From NCBI GenBank assembly GCA_010093605.1, contig MU004182.1, positions 1,459,032 to 1,523,031 of the forward strand: 64,000 nt of DNA, read 5' to 3'. The position numbers and the translations under genes were made by a program. The notes beneath the pieces are model-generated. The model saw only the letters and a program-made list of their open reading frames with translations. It was not told where the DNA came from and made no database searches. Within the stretch, counting starts at the first letter, position 1; each line of letters opens with the position of its first letter. This DNA comes from Lophium mytilinum. Taxonomy: Eukaryota. This document shows positions 24,212 to 35,110 of this stretch, one piece after another.

Positions 24212-24800
24212 CGAGTTTTGGGCGAGAGGTTCCGTTGGTATTGGTAATGCTTTATGAGTTTTGATGATGGTAGGGGGTTTTTGGCGGCTTGTTGGTATGA
24301 TGCTCTTATTAGTTATGAATACCCTGGTCACTCTTTGGCTCATGAGCTCTTCGATTACGCGTTTGTGCACTTATTGGGTGTGATACGTCTTCTCTGATTT
24401 GCTTCTATTCATCATGGTGAAATTCTCTGTATCGCAAATTACCGAGTCAAGCAGTCATCCTACAACTGCTTTGATCATTCCGCACCAACTCGAAATGTTT
24501 CAAGTTAGGCCCGCAAGGCAAGGCCGCTGCTGGCCCCGAGGGCGCCAGACGTTAGGATGAAATATGGTGAATTCGCTCTACTCGTACGGGAAGCTTTCTC
24601 CCTTGAGCTCTTACTGACAGACTAACTATTGTGCTAGGTAAGCTGGTTTGGAGAAGGTTTGCTAACACGAATGAACAAAATACTGAGCGTTGAGAAGATT
24701 ATATGCTCTTTCCCGCCTCATTCAATCTGGTTCTGGCTCTGCCTGCTCTTCCTTATCATTGCCCTGTACGATATAGCTTTTTTGCCATGATCTGTAATGC

Positions 24801-25887
24801 CTAGCCGCAGTGTGCGACTGGTCCCTCACACTGTGAATTTACGCATTCGCTGAGAAGACTGACCGAAACCCCATCAGCATTGCAATAATACAATGCTTCG
24901 GATACATAGTTGCTCCAACCTAAATTTAGATTGGTAAGCTTGCATTCCATAAAACCTACTAAACGGATGATAGGAGATTCGGAGCCACTCACCAAGGTCA
25001 TTACCAAGATACCAGCCACAGTAAGTGAAGGAAGATCTACACGCTGTCCCTGCGACAGGTGACGGAGGGGCGTTGGCTGTGGTACCGCAGTGTGCGGTGG
25101 GCCCCTCACACTGTGACCCTACGCATTCGCTGAGCAGATTGACTGACAGCCCGCCAGCATTGCAGTAATACAATGCCGTAGATGTATAGTCGCTCCAGCC
25201 TAAGGTTTAGCTTAGTAAGTCTGGACTATAAAGAGCTTGCTGAGTAGATAACAGGAGATTCGGAGTTACTCACCAAGGTCATCACCGAGATACCAGCCAC
25301 AGTAAGTGTCGGAGGATGTGCACGCCGTCCCTGCGATAGGTGATGGAGCCGCGGTGGCTGTGGTAGCTGAGCCGATGGTACTGCTGGTTGATGGTGATAA
25401 TGATGATGATGAAAGAGCAGCAGTGGTAGCTGTGCTTGCTGAATTGATAGTACTGCTGAATGATGATGAGGAGGTAGCAGTGCTTGCGGAGTTGATAGTA
25501 CCGCTGGAAGATGGCGATGGAATAACGACTTTGTCCGAGTTTGATCTTGGGTCATTGGTTAGTCTTCCTTTTGAACACTTGTCTAACACTCCTGCTTTCC
25601 ACTGACTTCGCGTTTTTCGCTGCCAGCGAGCCGCCTACACCTCCGCCCACAGCGGCAGCTATGACAACTAGAGCTAACACGGCAAGAAGCCAGAACGTAG
25701 TCCTTCGTAGACCCAAGATCGTTGTTTTGTTACTCGTTCTGTCCCCTAGACCCCCGCTTTCGCCCTCTTTTGTAGCTGCATAAGTAGGAGGGGCAAGATA
25801 CTGAGGCTGAGGATATGCTGCATGGTGTCCCGGATAGTATTCAAGACCAGGTTGTTCAAGGGCTTGAGGAAGTTTTGAACCTGACAT
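24801..25887 (-). CDS. Putative single-pass (type II) membrane protein with Ser/Thr stalk and two tandem 6-Cys modules
   Basis: Four exons join in frame: 25887-25607, 25545-25274, 25199-24993 and 24919-24801. TM segment FWLLAVLALVVIAAAVGGGVGG; SxTIxSA repeats; module GTAC....TYCGWYLG.DL|GWS.Y.S.ALYYCNA.G.SV.LLSECV.SQCEGP.AHCG occurs twice. Confidence 0.8.
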
Positions 25888-26349
25888 TACAAGAGCCTGA
25901 GAACAAGTCAAGAATGCACAAAGCTGAAGAAGAGAGAAAACTGCCCATCGTAAGTCCGCGGCCAACGGCTCTTATCACCTACAAAGTCGACAGGGCCTAG
26001 AATCTAAGGTGCAGTTGCATCTAAGAATCCCTGCTTTTAGTATCCAATTGATGGTGGCGATGTTCAGCCTTGCAGCGCCTTTTCAGCCACTCCTCGTACA
26101 GCTGCACGCTTTCAGACTAAGTTTTACTAGCTTGTCCCACATGACCAACGCCGATTGCCAGAAGAAGCAATGATCTTTTTGAAGCTATCAATCTCGAGCC
26201 TGAAGTACGATGATATTCTGTTGCATGTCGGACTGATGAGATCTTAAAATAAAGCAAAGGGGTATCTATTTCATATGTAAACGCTGTCAAAAGCAAAAGG
26301 AATGTCATTCGTTGAGGACCACCTGTCACCACTCAAAAGCTGCCCGGGC

Positions 26350-27753
26350 TCAGCCTCTTCTCGTTGATCCACACGCTCCACACGTGCCGGCATCTCCAGC
26401 GTTGATGAACTTGCTACCTTGGCAGACATTGCTGCGGCATCGCCAATGGTGAGGAACGAGGCTTGTGTTTAGGACGTTGGAGCATACCACGCAGGTGAGA
26501 GCGGTGCTATCGTTGGCGAAGGAGCATATCGGGCAATCTAATGGTTGTGTCTGAGGGTTTGATTGAGGGCTGGGTTTGTAGCTTGTAGAGTTGGTCCTTG
26601 GACGGGTTTTGTAGATTTCGTCAAGATGAATGACGTTTGGTGATGGCGTAGCAGGAACTGAAGGCTGTAGTAGGCTTCTTTTACCCTCGCCTTTGGCTAA
26701 AGCAGATGCATTCAAGGTTGTCTTCTGATGCGCCTGGCGCTCTGCTGAGATTTTCGGATCCTGTGAAGCACTTTTACAGTCGTCCATATGATGGAGCTCG
26801 TTCATCTCGCGTCGTGCGTTGCCATCATTGTCATCTTCCCCTTCGCAAATCTTGACCAAGCTATGGCCCTCTTCGTCCGTCATCTTGGTACCATCCACAT
26901 CTATCGCAGCGTCTACGTTGTCCAATTCATAGTAATCCTCGTCGGTCTCGCTGTCTGAATCCTCCACCTTGATAGACACTTCTTCCTTGACCTCCTCCTT
27001 TTTGACAGGTTCGAACCTTGCCAGAGCAGCGGCCGCCCTCAATTCCCTTCCTCTGGCGCTTCCAGCCACCCTAGGCTTCCCCTTCTTGGCCACGCCGCCC
27101 TCCAGCTTCACCCTTGTTCCTTCATTATCTCCTAACGCCTTGCCGCCTTCTCCAAACTTCTTCAGAATTCTCCTCTGCTTCCTCTCTGCATAACTGACCT
27201 TCTCTTTGTCTTTCTTGGCCCGGCCTCTCTTTTTCCTTCTTCCATACGTGCCACCACACAAATGTTCAGGCACATCCCTCTCCTCCCCCCCAGCATGCTC
27301 AATGTCCCCATCTAGCAGATGTCTGCCCGGACCCCACATGCCCTCCCCTGTGTAACCTCTTCCCCACAGCCCCCTCAAATCCACCGCATACGCATCCCGA
27401 ACCTTCCAAAATGCCTTAGAGTGATTCATCTCCTTACAGTGCGCCAGCTCGTGGACCATGACCATCTCCACATATCGGAGACTCAGCCATCGCCCTTGCC
27501 GATCCTTGAGGACCAGCTGGATCACCTCGCCAGCATTGAAGTTGCGGCCGACAAACTCATTATTCGGCGGGAATTCTTCGAGGGCTTGTACGAGGATGCG
27601 GTGGGCTTTCATGAAAGGGTAGCAGATGGCGGCGACTCGGGAGAGGATGAGCGTGGCGGTTTCGGCGGTCGGGCCGGGAAGGGGCTTGATGAAGTTAATG
27701 AGCGCGTTGGGGCGCTGGGTGCGCTCGTTGATGCGCTCGAAGCCAAGAGGCAT
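26350..27753 (-). CDS. WSS1: WLM-domain metalloprotease (Wss1-like) with C-terminal zinc ribbons
   Basis: LEEFPPN.EFVGRNFNAGEVIQLVL, HELAH zincin motif, NHSKAFW, RELRAAAALARF, C-terminal CPIC...CVVC and C..C...CGAC. Confidence 0.88.
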   Translation of the reverse strand: MPLGFERINERTQRPNALINFIKPLPGPTAETATLILSRVAAICYPFMKAHRILVQALEEFPPNNEFVGRNFNAGEVIQLVLKDRQGRWLSLRYVEMVMVHELAHCKEMNHSKAFWKVRDAYAVDLRGLWGRGYTGEGMWGPGRHLLDGDIEHAGGEERDVPEHLCGGTYGRRKKRGRAKKDKEKVSYAERKQRRILKKFGEGGKALGDNEGTRVKLEGGVAKKGKPRVAGSARGRELRAAAALARFEPVKKEEVKEEVSIKVEDSDSETDEDYYELDNVDAAIDVDGTKMTDEEGHSLVKICEGEDDNDGNARREMNELHHMDDCKSASQDPKISAERQAHQKTTLNASALAKGEGKRSLLQPSVPATPSPNVIHLDEIYKTRPRTNSTSYKPSPQSNPQTQPLDCPICSFANDSTALTCVVCSNVLNTSLVPHHWRCRSNVCQGSKFINAGDAGTCGACGSTRRG

Positions 27754-28428
27754 GGTGGGACGTGGGTTTGGTGATAGAGGATGGAAAGATGCAGGTGGCG
27801 CGGTTCAGCCTTGCCGTCGTTTGGCGCGTGGGTGACGCGAGATCATTCTTGCACTTTGTCCAACCGCCCCTCTAAAACAACGTAACCAACATCATCACAA
27901 GTACTGCCATCTCAGCCATTGCTCTCTTCGCAATGGTTCAAACCAATCGAACAATCCCAGTTCAGTCCGTAGACGTCGTCTGGTATGCTGAGAGAGCCCC
28001 GATTAGATGATAGCAATTCTGCCAATGCTAGGCAAGGTATCGAACGCTCGGAGTCTAGGAAACAGAAAATGCACTGCAGTACACAACTGCGATGAGGGTG
28101 CCTCAGAAGGCTAAGCCTGCTAATCATTGTTAGAGATAACCTCCTTTTCTTTCCGGCTTGCTTCTTTGGTTACATTGTTCAATATAATTTGTCTGTCTCA
28201 TCATCCGTCAACTATGCAGTATAACTTTCTCCACATTGTATACGGCGCTCAGCTGCCTATAAGTTGCCATTCGGCACCTATCGTTGCGGCTTCGTCACAC
28301 ACTTTGAAACCTTGAACTACCCATACCCAGTTACCTACCCAGAAGGCGCTGCTCGAGCAGCCATCCCAACAGAACTGTCCCACCAAGAAGTCGGTGCTCG
28401 ACCAGCCATCCCAACAGCACTTTCAGCA

Positions 28429-29478
28429 ATGGCACCGGATCCCAGCAAACAAGATGCCCCTGAAGTCCTGACGGCCCTCGAGAATCCTAAATATCCAAGA
28501 CAACTCCTGCATATTGAGGAAACCCTGGAACGTAAGTACGAGGATGCTATGTCCCGCTTTGAGAAAGAAGTCCTCCGGTGGAAGAGCCTAGGTCTAACCG
28601 TGCGTCTATTGATGAAATTCAATGTAACGCCCAGACCTACACGAGAAGACATGTTGAAGTGGGATCTTCCCGCAAATATCTCCTTGGATACATTCTGCAA
28701 AGAAGCGTCAGCTCTTCTTGATATGAAGATCGAGACCATGGCTGCGTTCCAGGCCGTCGTGAAACACAACAGGGAACATGAGTCAGAGAATCGTGTAGAG
28801 ACTGTAGCGTTTATGCTGTGGCGCCTCCGTGCGCTTTACCGGCAGCTAGCGACCGATACCACATTTGGTGTCGAGAAAGCTCCTACCAAGGCGGCAGAAG
28901 TCTTTGAGGGTTACACAAGGAGGACGGCGATCAGACTCTACAACGAGTTTCATAAGGTAAGCAGTGCCCTGTTCACCGCAGACCCCAACAGGTTCACAGC
29001 GGAGACCGTGATGGAGAACGCTGATCCCGATATTCAGAACCTCAACGGAATTGCCACTGAGATGCTTCTAACTGAAGCAAATGCTGATGTGTGTCCGATT
29101 TGTTTGGAAACGTGGAACTCAGAACACATTCCGTATAGGCTCGACAAGTGCAAACATATCGTCGGCGAACTTTGCATGGTAACATGGTTGAATTCAGCAC
29201 GCCGGACCTCGAACCTCTGCGTAAAATGTCGCGCCGAAATCATGGAGCTTCGACCACGCCGGCCGAAGCCGGCTCGAGTCCAACGTATGCTAGCAGTACT
29301 ATTCACTCTTCTAGAGGAATTGTACTACATCTTCGGCCTTTACAAGCCAGTGCGGACTGAATGGCTGTGGACGTTGAAGTATATCGAGGACAACGTCCGT
29401 TTCATGAGAGACGACCCTGAAACCAATGCAGCTTGGGCGGCCGGCTACAGGGTCGCTTTCATTCCAATACCTCATTGA
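28429..29478 (+). CDS. Orphan RING-finger protein (HxxGxxC variant)
   Basis: CPIC-x15-CKHIVGELC...W...CVKC. First ATG at 28429, but the frame is open upstream and holds a 45-bp-period duplication (ARAAIPTELS/ARPAIPTALS), so the true start may lie further 5'. Confidence 0.7.
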   Translation: MAPDPSKQDAPEVLTALENPKYPRQLLHIEETLERKYEDAMSRFEKEVLRWKSLGLTVRLLMKFNVTPRPTREDMLKWDLPANISLDTFCKEASALLDMKIETMAAFQAVVKHNREHESENRVETVAFMLWRLRALYRQLATDTTFGVEKAPTKAAEVFEGYTRRTAIRLYNEFHKVSSALFTADPNRFTAETVMENADPDIQNLNGIATEMLLTEANADVCPICLETWNSEHIPYRLDKCKHIVGELCMVTWLNSARRTSNLCVKCRAEIMELRPRRPKPARVQRMLAVLFTLLEELYYIFGLYKPVRTEWLWTLKYIEDNVRFMRDDPETNAAWAAGYRVAFIPIPH

Positions 29479-29807
29479 GTGCCTGTGGGTGACGGAATGA
29501 CTGGAGTTTCTAGGTGCCTAGGCGGCTAGCAAGAGTCTTCCAACCACCTCAACCACCTGCAACCTGAGTGGATACTTCACTTTCATTCCGCAGGCAATCC
29601 TGTTTTCATATGTTTAAGTACTTAGGCGTTCAGGCGTTCAGGCGTTTAGGCGTCAGGTAAAGTAACCCTTCCTACCTCAAATTGAATTTTCCTTCAAAAA
29701 TCCTCCCTACTTGCCACTGAATCAAACAAATTGACTTCCCCTTGTTTTCTAAACTCTTCCAAGTTAAATCAATCACCATATTGAGATGACTTGCCACACG
29801 ACTTCTA

Positions 29808-29978
29808 GTCATGACGGCCGACGGCAAGCCGCGCTGGAGCATCGGCGGCCGCTGGAACGACAAGATTTACGCCCGCCTCACCCCCGGCTACGAGGACAGC
29901 GTCGTCCACCCGACCAACACCTCGGGCCTGAAGCCCGACGAGAACAAGGCCTTCCTCGTTTGGGAGTGCACTGAATAA
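29808..29978 (+). pseudogene. Isolated fragment of an oxysterol-binding protein (Osh1/Osh2-type ORD domain) gene
   Basis: GC-rich island translating to VMTADGKPRWSIGGRWNDKIYARLTPGYED...NKAFLVWEC, which I recognise as a conserved segment of filamentous-fungal OSBP homologues. No flanking OSBP sequence is visible. Confidence 0.75.
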
Positions 29979-30600
29979 TGATTATGTATCAAAGAAGGTG
30001 AACGGCTTCGCAAGTGCGCTACCCTCACTGAAAATGACAAAAGTATCCGAAGATGTAAATGTAGACTAGTTCTAAATCCGAGGACAGCGTTCGGCGATAG
30101 GAATGGCCTGCTGTAGCTGACAAATGGAGTTGTGGCAGCATGGCTAAAGTTGTAATCTCCGGCCCCTACAAGTCACGTAAACACTCCATAAGTTCCTTGA
30201 AGGTGATGTTTGTTATCCTGAGAGATGATCGATGCCATGTTGAGAAGCCCGCGCGGGTGTTCCGATTGAGATTAGTGCATGTGCTAAAATCAACTATCGT
30301 CGCCGCTAGTCAGACACGCTAACGTGCAGCCCGCGTAATCCAACCCGATTGCATTCACAAGCTGCTAGCGATGGACTCCGCAGCTCACAGTTGGTTGATA
30401 CTGTCGCCGTATTAGCAAGAATTCCGAGTCCTAATATCTTTCAAATTACAAATCATCTCGGCCGGTCAAAATGCAGCTCCGGAGAGCTGGTTGTTGCATC
30501 TATAAGAGCGGCCGAGCTCCGTTCTTTTGAGAGCCTTCACATCGGTTTCTTCTTCTTTACCAATACATCTATCTTTTTACCCCATCCCAAACAATACGAA

Positions 30601-31695
30601 ATGGTTGTTGTTGCAGTTATTGGAGGGACGGGGGCTCTGGGCAAGACAATAGTTCACGCGCTCAAAGAGGATGGAAAGCACGAGAGTATTGTGCTCACTC
30701 GAAAGGTAAGCATTTACGCGGGACTTTATTATATTCGTGGTCTGGATGCTGATCAGTGGCAGGTCCCAGAAGGGGGGAGTGCTGTTCCAATTTTTGCTGT
30801 CGATTACAACAACGTCGAGCAGCTCACCAAGATCTTGACTGCGAAAAATGTTCACACTGTGATTTCCACCATCACAATGCTCGACGGGACAGCAGCGCAA
30901 GCAGAGATCAACTTCGTGGCAGCGGCAGCTAAGTCATCAACTACAAAGCGTTTCGTGGCGAGCAGTTGGGGCACCGCCTCACCAAAGGACAAGTGAGTGA
31001 TGGATGAATAACTCCGAGACAAGGCTGTGGCTAACATCACCGTCTGCCAGATCTTTGCGGCTACCAGTGAATACATTCCGAGAGCAAAGCATCGAAGCCC
31101 TTCGCAAGACCGACCTCGAATGGACGCAGTTTCATGACGGCCTCTTCCTCGACTACTATGGCATGCCGCACGTTGAAACCTATCTCACTCCACTGGTATT
31201 TGCCGTAGACATAGCCAACAAAACGGCTGCCATTCCTGGCGCCACTGGCGATGAGCCGATTGCCTTTACCTACACTAAGGACTTGGGCAAATTCGTGGTT
31301 GCAGCGCTGAGCTTGCCAAAGTGGGATGAGGCTTTGCATTGCTATAGCGACTATGCATCGTTGAACCAGGTGATTCAGATTGCCGAGGAGATGACTGGTG
31401 AGCATCACGGCCCCAGCAAAGTTAAGGAAACTAACGGTGAGCAGGGAGCAAGTTCAAAGTCACCTATGACTCGGTTGAGAAGCTTCAGCGTGGCGAGATC
31501 ACCGAGCTTCCGTCCCACCCAGACTCGTATGAGTACTTTCCAAAGCCAGATCTCGCAGGGTTGTTGGCCAAGTTCGGGTTGTGGGTCGTCAATGGCCTCA
31601 TGTATGTTCCAAAAGAGGGGTCCTTGAACGAGCGATTTCCAGAGATCACTACCACGACGGTCAAAGAAGTGGTGGGTGCTTGGAAAGGCAAGTGA
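30601..31695 (+). CDS. NmrA-like/isoflavone-reductase-like NAD(P)-binding protein, 4 exons
   Basis: VAVIGGTGALGKTI Rossmann motif, VDYNNVEQL, KRFVASSWG, LEWTQFHDGLFLDYY, FTYTKDLGKFV. First intron 30706-30762; stop 31693-31695. Confidence 0.88.
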
Positions 31696-31818
31696 ATGGT
31701 CCACCACTAGATCTGCGATTTAAGGCCCAAACTGTGGAAAGATATGAGAATGAGGTATGGTAGTGGTGCAATGTAGCTGACAGAGATGAACTTTTCATTC
31801 CATCACTCGATGCAATGT

Positions 31819-33636
31819 TTAGACAAGGAGGATCGGGGATCCCAAGATGCTGAAACAAGATGCGAGGTTCCAGGTGGTGGCGTTCAGATGTGGTCTGATC
31901 CGCCATACCTTCTCCATAATTTGTCTTGCATCATCCAGTGCCCCGGCTGTGTAAACTTTGCCTAGGTTTGAGTATAAAGCTGTGAATGATGACTCCTCCG
32001 ATTCCAGGGCTAGACAGCCAGCGACACACAGTGGCCAGGCGAGAGCACGCAATTGGTATGATGGAACAGTGTGAAGCAGTTCGATGATCTGAGCAACATC
32101 AGTCCTAACTTCCGGATTAGATGATTGCCAGCCAGAAACCACGAGTGTGAGGTACAGCTGTGCTGCATGTGCCCAAATTAGAGTTGGTATGGAGGAATCG
32201 GAAGGATTGGGACCGGTGCTAAATGGCACGCGGTAGTTCGGATGCGATGGAAGACTGGCGGTAGAATTGATGTGAATTTCGAGGATGTTGTCCTTCAAAC
32301 TATTGCCAATGACCGAGGCGCGGTTAACCAGTTCTACGACAGAGAGGCTAGTAGCTTCGGTTCGCTCGCGTTTCCATGAGTTCAAGGCGGATATTTCGGC
32401 GATTGTAGTCACGACCCAATTGCGGCACCCAACAATGGTCGAGAGTCGGATTTCGGCGCCGCTCACAACAGACGTCCCGTCATCTATTCGAGCAAGAATA
32501 TCCGGATAATAGCTGATAAGTCTTGGTGATTCTTGAACTGCCGTGCTTGCCACAACATCGATAAAGATCAGTAAGCCGGCACAGAATCGAAAGCCGGCCT
32601 GGTCGGGTGACCAGATGTAATTGTCACGCCCGGGCTTGGTCCATAAAGGCTGTCCAATCTCTAGAAGTACCGCGGCGAGTTTTGACTGGCCTTGACCTTG
32701 GTAAGATGGATCAGAGCAGGCCATGATTTCCCCAAACAAGGCAAACGCAGGAGGGAGATGGGAATTCCATGGGGCAGATTTTCCCAATGCAGATTCGAAT
32801 ATGAGGACCTGGACGACGCTCCCCAAAATCTCTACTCTTTCCAGTTTTGTTGCCGGTGCGCCTTTCGAGTTTAGGTCCAGTGCTAAAATGTCTGTTCTGA
32901 GGCTGTCAAAACATTTGTTAGTCTGCTGCTCCACTTCTTTCCAGCGCAGTTGTTTACAGTCTGCGTGTTCTTCGCCACTGTCATCATCGGTGAGGGCCAT
33001 GGTGAAAAAGTAACATGATAGGCTAACAATGGAATGATATGCAATCTTGCTCTTCCCCAACAACAGCAGTAACCAGCTACGGCCTGTTTCGAGTACAGCG
33101 GGGCGATAGAATGGAAAAAGGGCGGGGAAAACGAAGTCGAGGTATTTCATAATGAAATCTGTTTCAATGGGAGAAGGTTGCCCCGCACTATCCGAGCGGG
33201 GATGATGTTGATGATCATAAGGCAGCAAGGTAAAAGGCGCAAGCTCATATGAAGTCGCCGAGTTGCTCGCTGGAGCTGATGTCTGGTCGCCGGACATGAC
33301 AGAGCCGATAGGTTCGGTCGACAACAGGTTGCTGGATACCATGATATTGGAAATGATGTTGAAATGATGAGAAGTGGTGTCATTGGTGACTCTGCTGGAG
33401 GCCTTTGATTTCTCTCTTCGATATGCTGAATTCCGCTTAATTTCATTCTTAAGCCATACGGTTCTCTGTCGTTGTTGCTCCTCTCCATCCATCCAAGCTG
33501 GCTTCGGTCCGTAATCACAGGAGATCTCTAGGCTGTCACAGTCCCCGCATCTTGGTCGAAGCTCGTCGCACTTTTTTCGACGCAGTTTGCACGTCCAACA
33601 GCCATCGATCTTTGCATGCCTTCTCGTAGCCGACAT
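31819..33636 (-). CDS. Zn(II)2Cys6 transcription factor with fungal-specific TF domain, intronless
   Basis: GCWTCKLRRKKCDELRPRCGDCDSLEISC; YLDFVFPALFPFY; LAWPLCVAGCLA. Convergent with the NmrA-like gene. Confidence 0.93.
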   Translation of the reverse strand: MSATRRHAKIDGCWTCKLRRKKCDELRPRCGDCDSLEISCDYGPKPAWMDGEEQQRQRTVWLKNEIKRNSAYRREKSKASSRVTNDTTSHHFNIISNIMVSSNLLSTEPIGSVMSGDQTSAPASNSATSYELAPFTLLPYDHQHHPRSDSAGQPSPIETDFIMKYLDFVFPALFPFYRPAVLETGRSWLLLLLGKSKIAYHSIVSLSCYFFTMALTDDDSGEEHADCKQLRWKEVEQQTNKCFDSLRTDILALDLNSKGAPATKLERVEILGSVVQVLIFESALGKSAPWNSHLPPAFALFGEIMACSDPSYQGQGQSKLAAVLLEIGQPLWTKPGRDNYIWSPDQAGFRFCAGLLIFIDVVASTAVQESPRLISYYPDILARIDDGTSVVSGAEIRLSTIVGCRNWVVTTIAEISALNSWKRERTEATSLSVVELVNRASVIGNSLKDNILEIHINSTASLPSHPNYRVPFSTGPNPSDSSIPTLIWAHAAQLYLTLVVSGWQSSNPEVRTDVAQIIELLHTVPSYQLRALAWPLCVAGCLALESEESSFTALYSNLGKVYTAGALDDARQIMEKVWRIRPHLNATTWNLASCFSILGSPILLV

Positions 33637-34029
33637 AGTTGTCGCCAGTCAACAGTTTTTGGCAAGATGAGGAGCCACGCCACGGCGGTGAAAGGCCGAA
33701 GCGGCCTGAAGCGCAGATATCCTGGCACGCAAGCTGTGAGCGTGTAACGTCGTGAACAGAACACCGAGACAGGGGCTGCAGGCACAGGCTGCGCGATTAG
33801 ATTACATTTTAAGCTACATCAAAGAGGTGTCTCGTATACTAGTCTGGTCTGGTGGTTGCTAAGATCAGATAGTATTGAAGTCGGCGTCCCGGAGCGCAGC
33901 GCAGGGCCACGCCGAGGCGCTCCTTCCCACCCCCCCCCCATTCTCACCGGGTGCACCATAACTGCACCCATTCTACTTACTATATTAAAGAATAGACGGA
34001 CGTTTTCATCATCTCTTTTCCTTCATCCC

Positions 34030-34495
34030 AGATCTTCTTCGACGGCGGCTTCACCGACCAACAGGCGTTGCTTGCCTCGACGGGTACAGGCATTATCAAT
34101 TGGGTCTTTGCGCTACCGGCTGTCTACACTATCGACGCCTTTGAGAGGCGAATTCTTCTTCTGTCAAGATTTCCATTGATGGCCCTTTGCCTTTTCTTCA
34201 CCGGGTTCTTGTTCTTGATTCCGGAAGGTAAAGGCCGTCTTGGGTGCGTTGTCACAGGAATTTGCCTCTTCATGGCAGTTTACTCTCCCGGAGAAGGTCC
34301 TGTACCATTCACATACTCCGCTGAAGCATTCGTAAGTTCCTTGCCGTCAGTTCTAGGGTACTGAATTTGGAATTTAACATCACGCAGCCCCTGTATATGC
34401 GCGACACGGGAATGTCCTTCGCAACTGCCACCTGCTGGGGATTTAACTGCATTCTCGCACTTACCTGGCCTGCTCTCGTCGAGGCGTTTACTTCT
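34030..34495 (+). pseudogene. Truncated sugar-porter (MFS) gene fragment, a few C-terminal-half helices only
   Basis: GTGIINWVFALPAVYTIDAFERRILLL...YSPGEGPVPFTYSAEAF|intron|PLYMRDTGMSFATATCWGFN. The N-terminal half and last helices are absent, and the loop motif FGRR has decayed to FERR. Confidence 0.85.
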
Positions 34496-35110
34496 AATGC
34501 CGACAACGAAGCATGCGAAGTATTATGCGGCTATGATACCATGGTACATGAAAAAGTATGTGTGTAGAAGAGATGTTGGCCGCAGAAGCAGTTGTATGAT
34601 TTTGAATAGTTGGACGAAGGCGGAAATACAGGACGCCGCAAGACGCTAAGTATCAGTCTTCACCATAGGTACGCATTTCTTTTGGGCGTTCCATTTCTTC
34701 ATCAGTTCTAGAACACTTTCAATCCTCACCAGTCATTGTACTGTCTCCTGCAAAGCTATTCTCTCATCCTACGATCTACAATGCCACCACACTAGCCTTG
34801 TCCGGGAAAGTTGTCAAATCATCGAGCTGTATCCTGATCATTCTCTAATTTATTGTTTCCTAACTTGAATGCTTTGAAAGGCCGAAGATTCGAAGGTTTG
34901 CGGCGACGCTTTTGTTGTTCGCTCGATGCTCACTCGCTTCTAAAGATTGCGGTACCGCGTTTCTGTGAGATATGTTCCACGGTACTCTAAAATCTAAGCG
35001 GCACACAGCCTCCGACATCTGCTCAACATACATTGACAGTCACTGTCATCCGACCTACCCCAGCGTCTTTACCAAAAGATTCTCTGTCAAAGGCATCCTC
35101 AATCTTAAAC

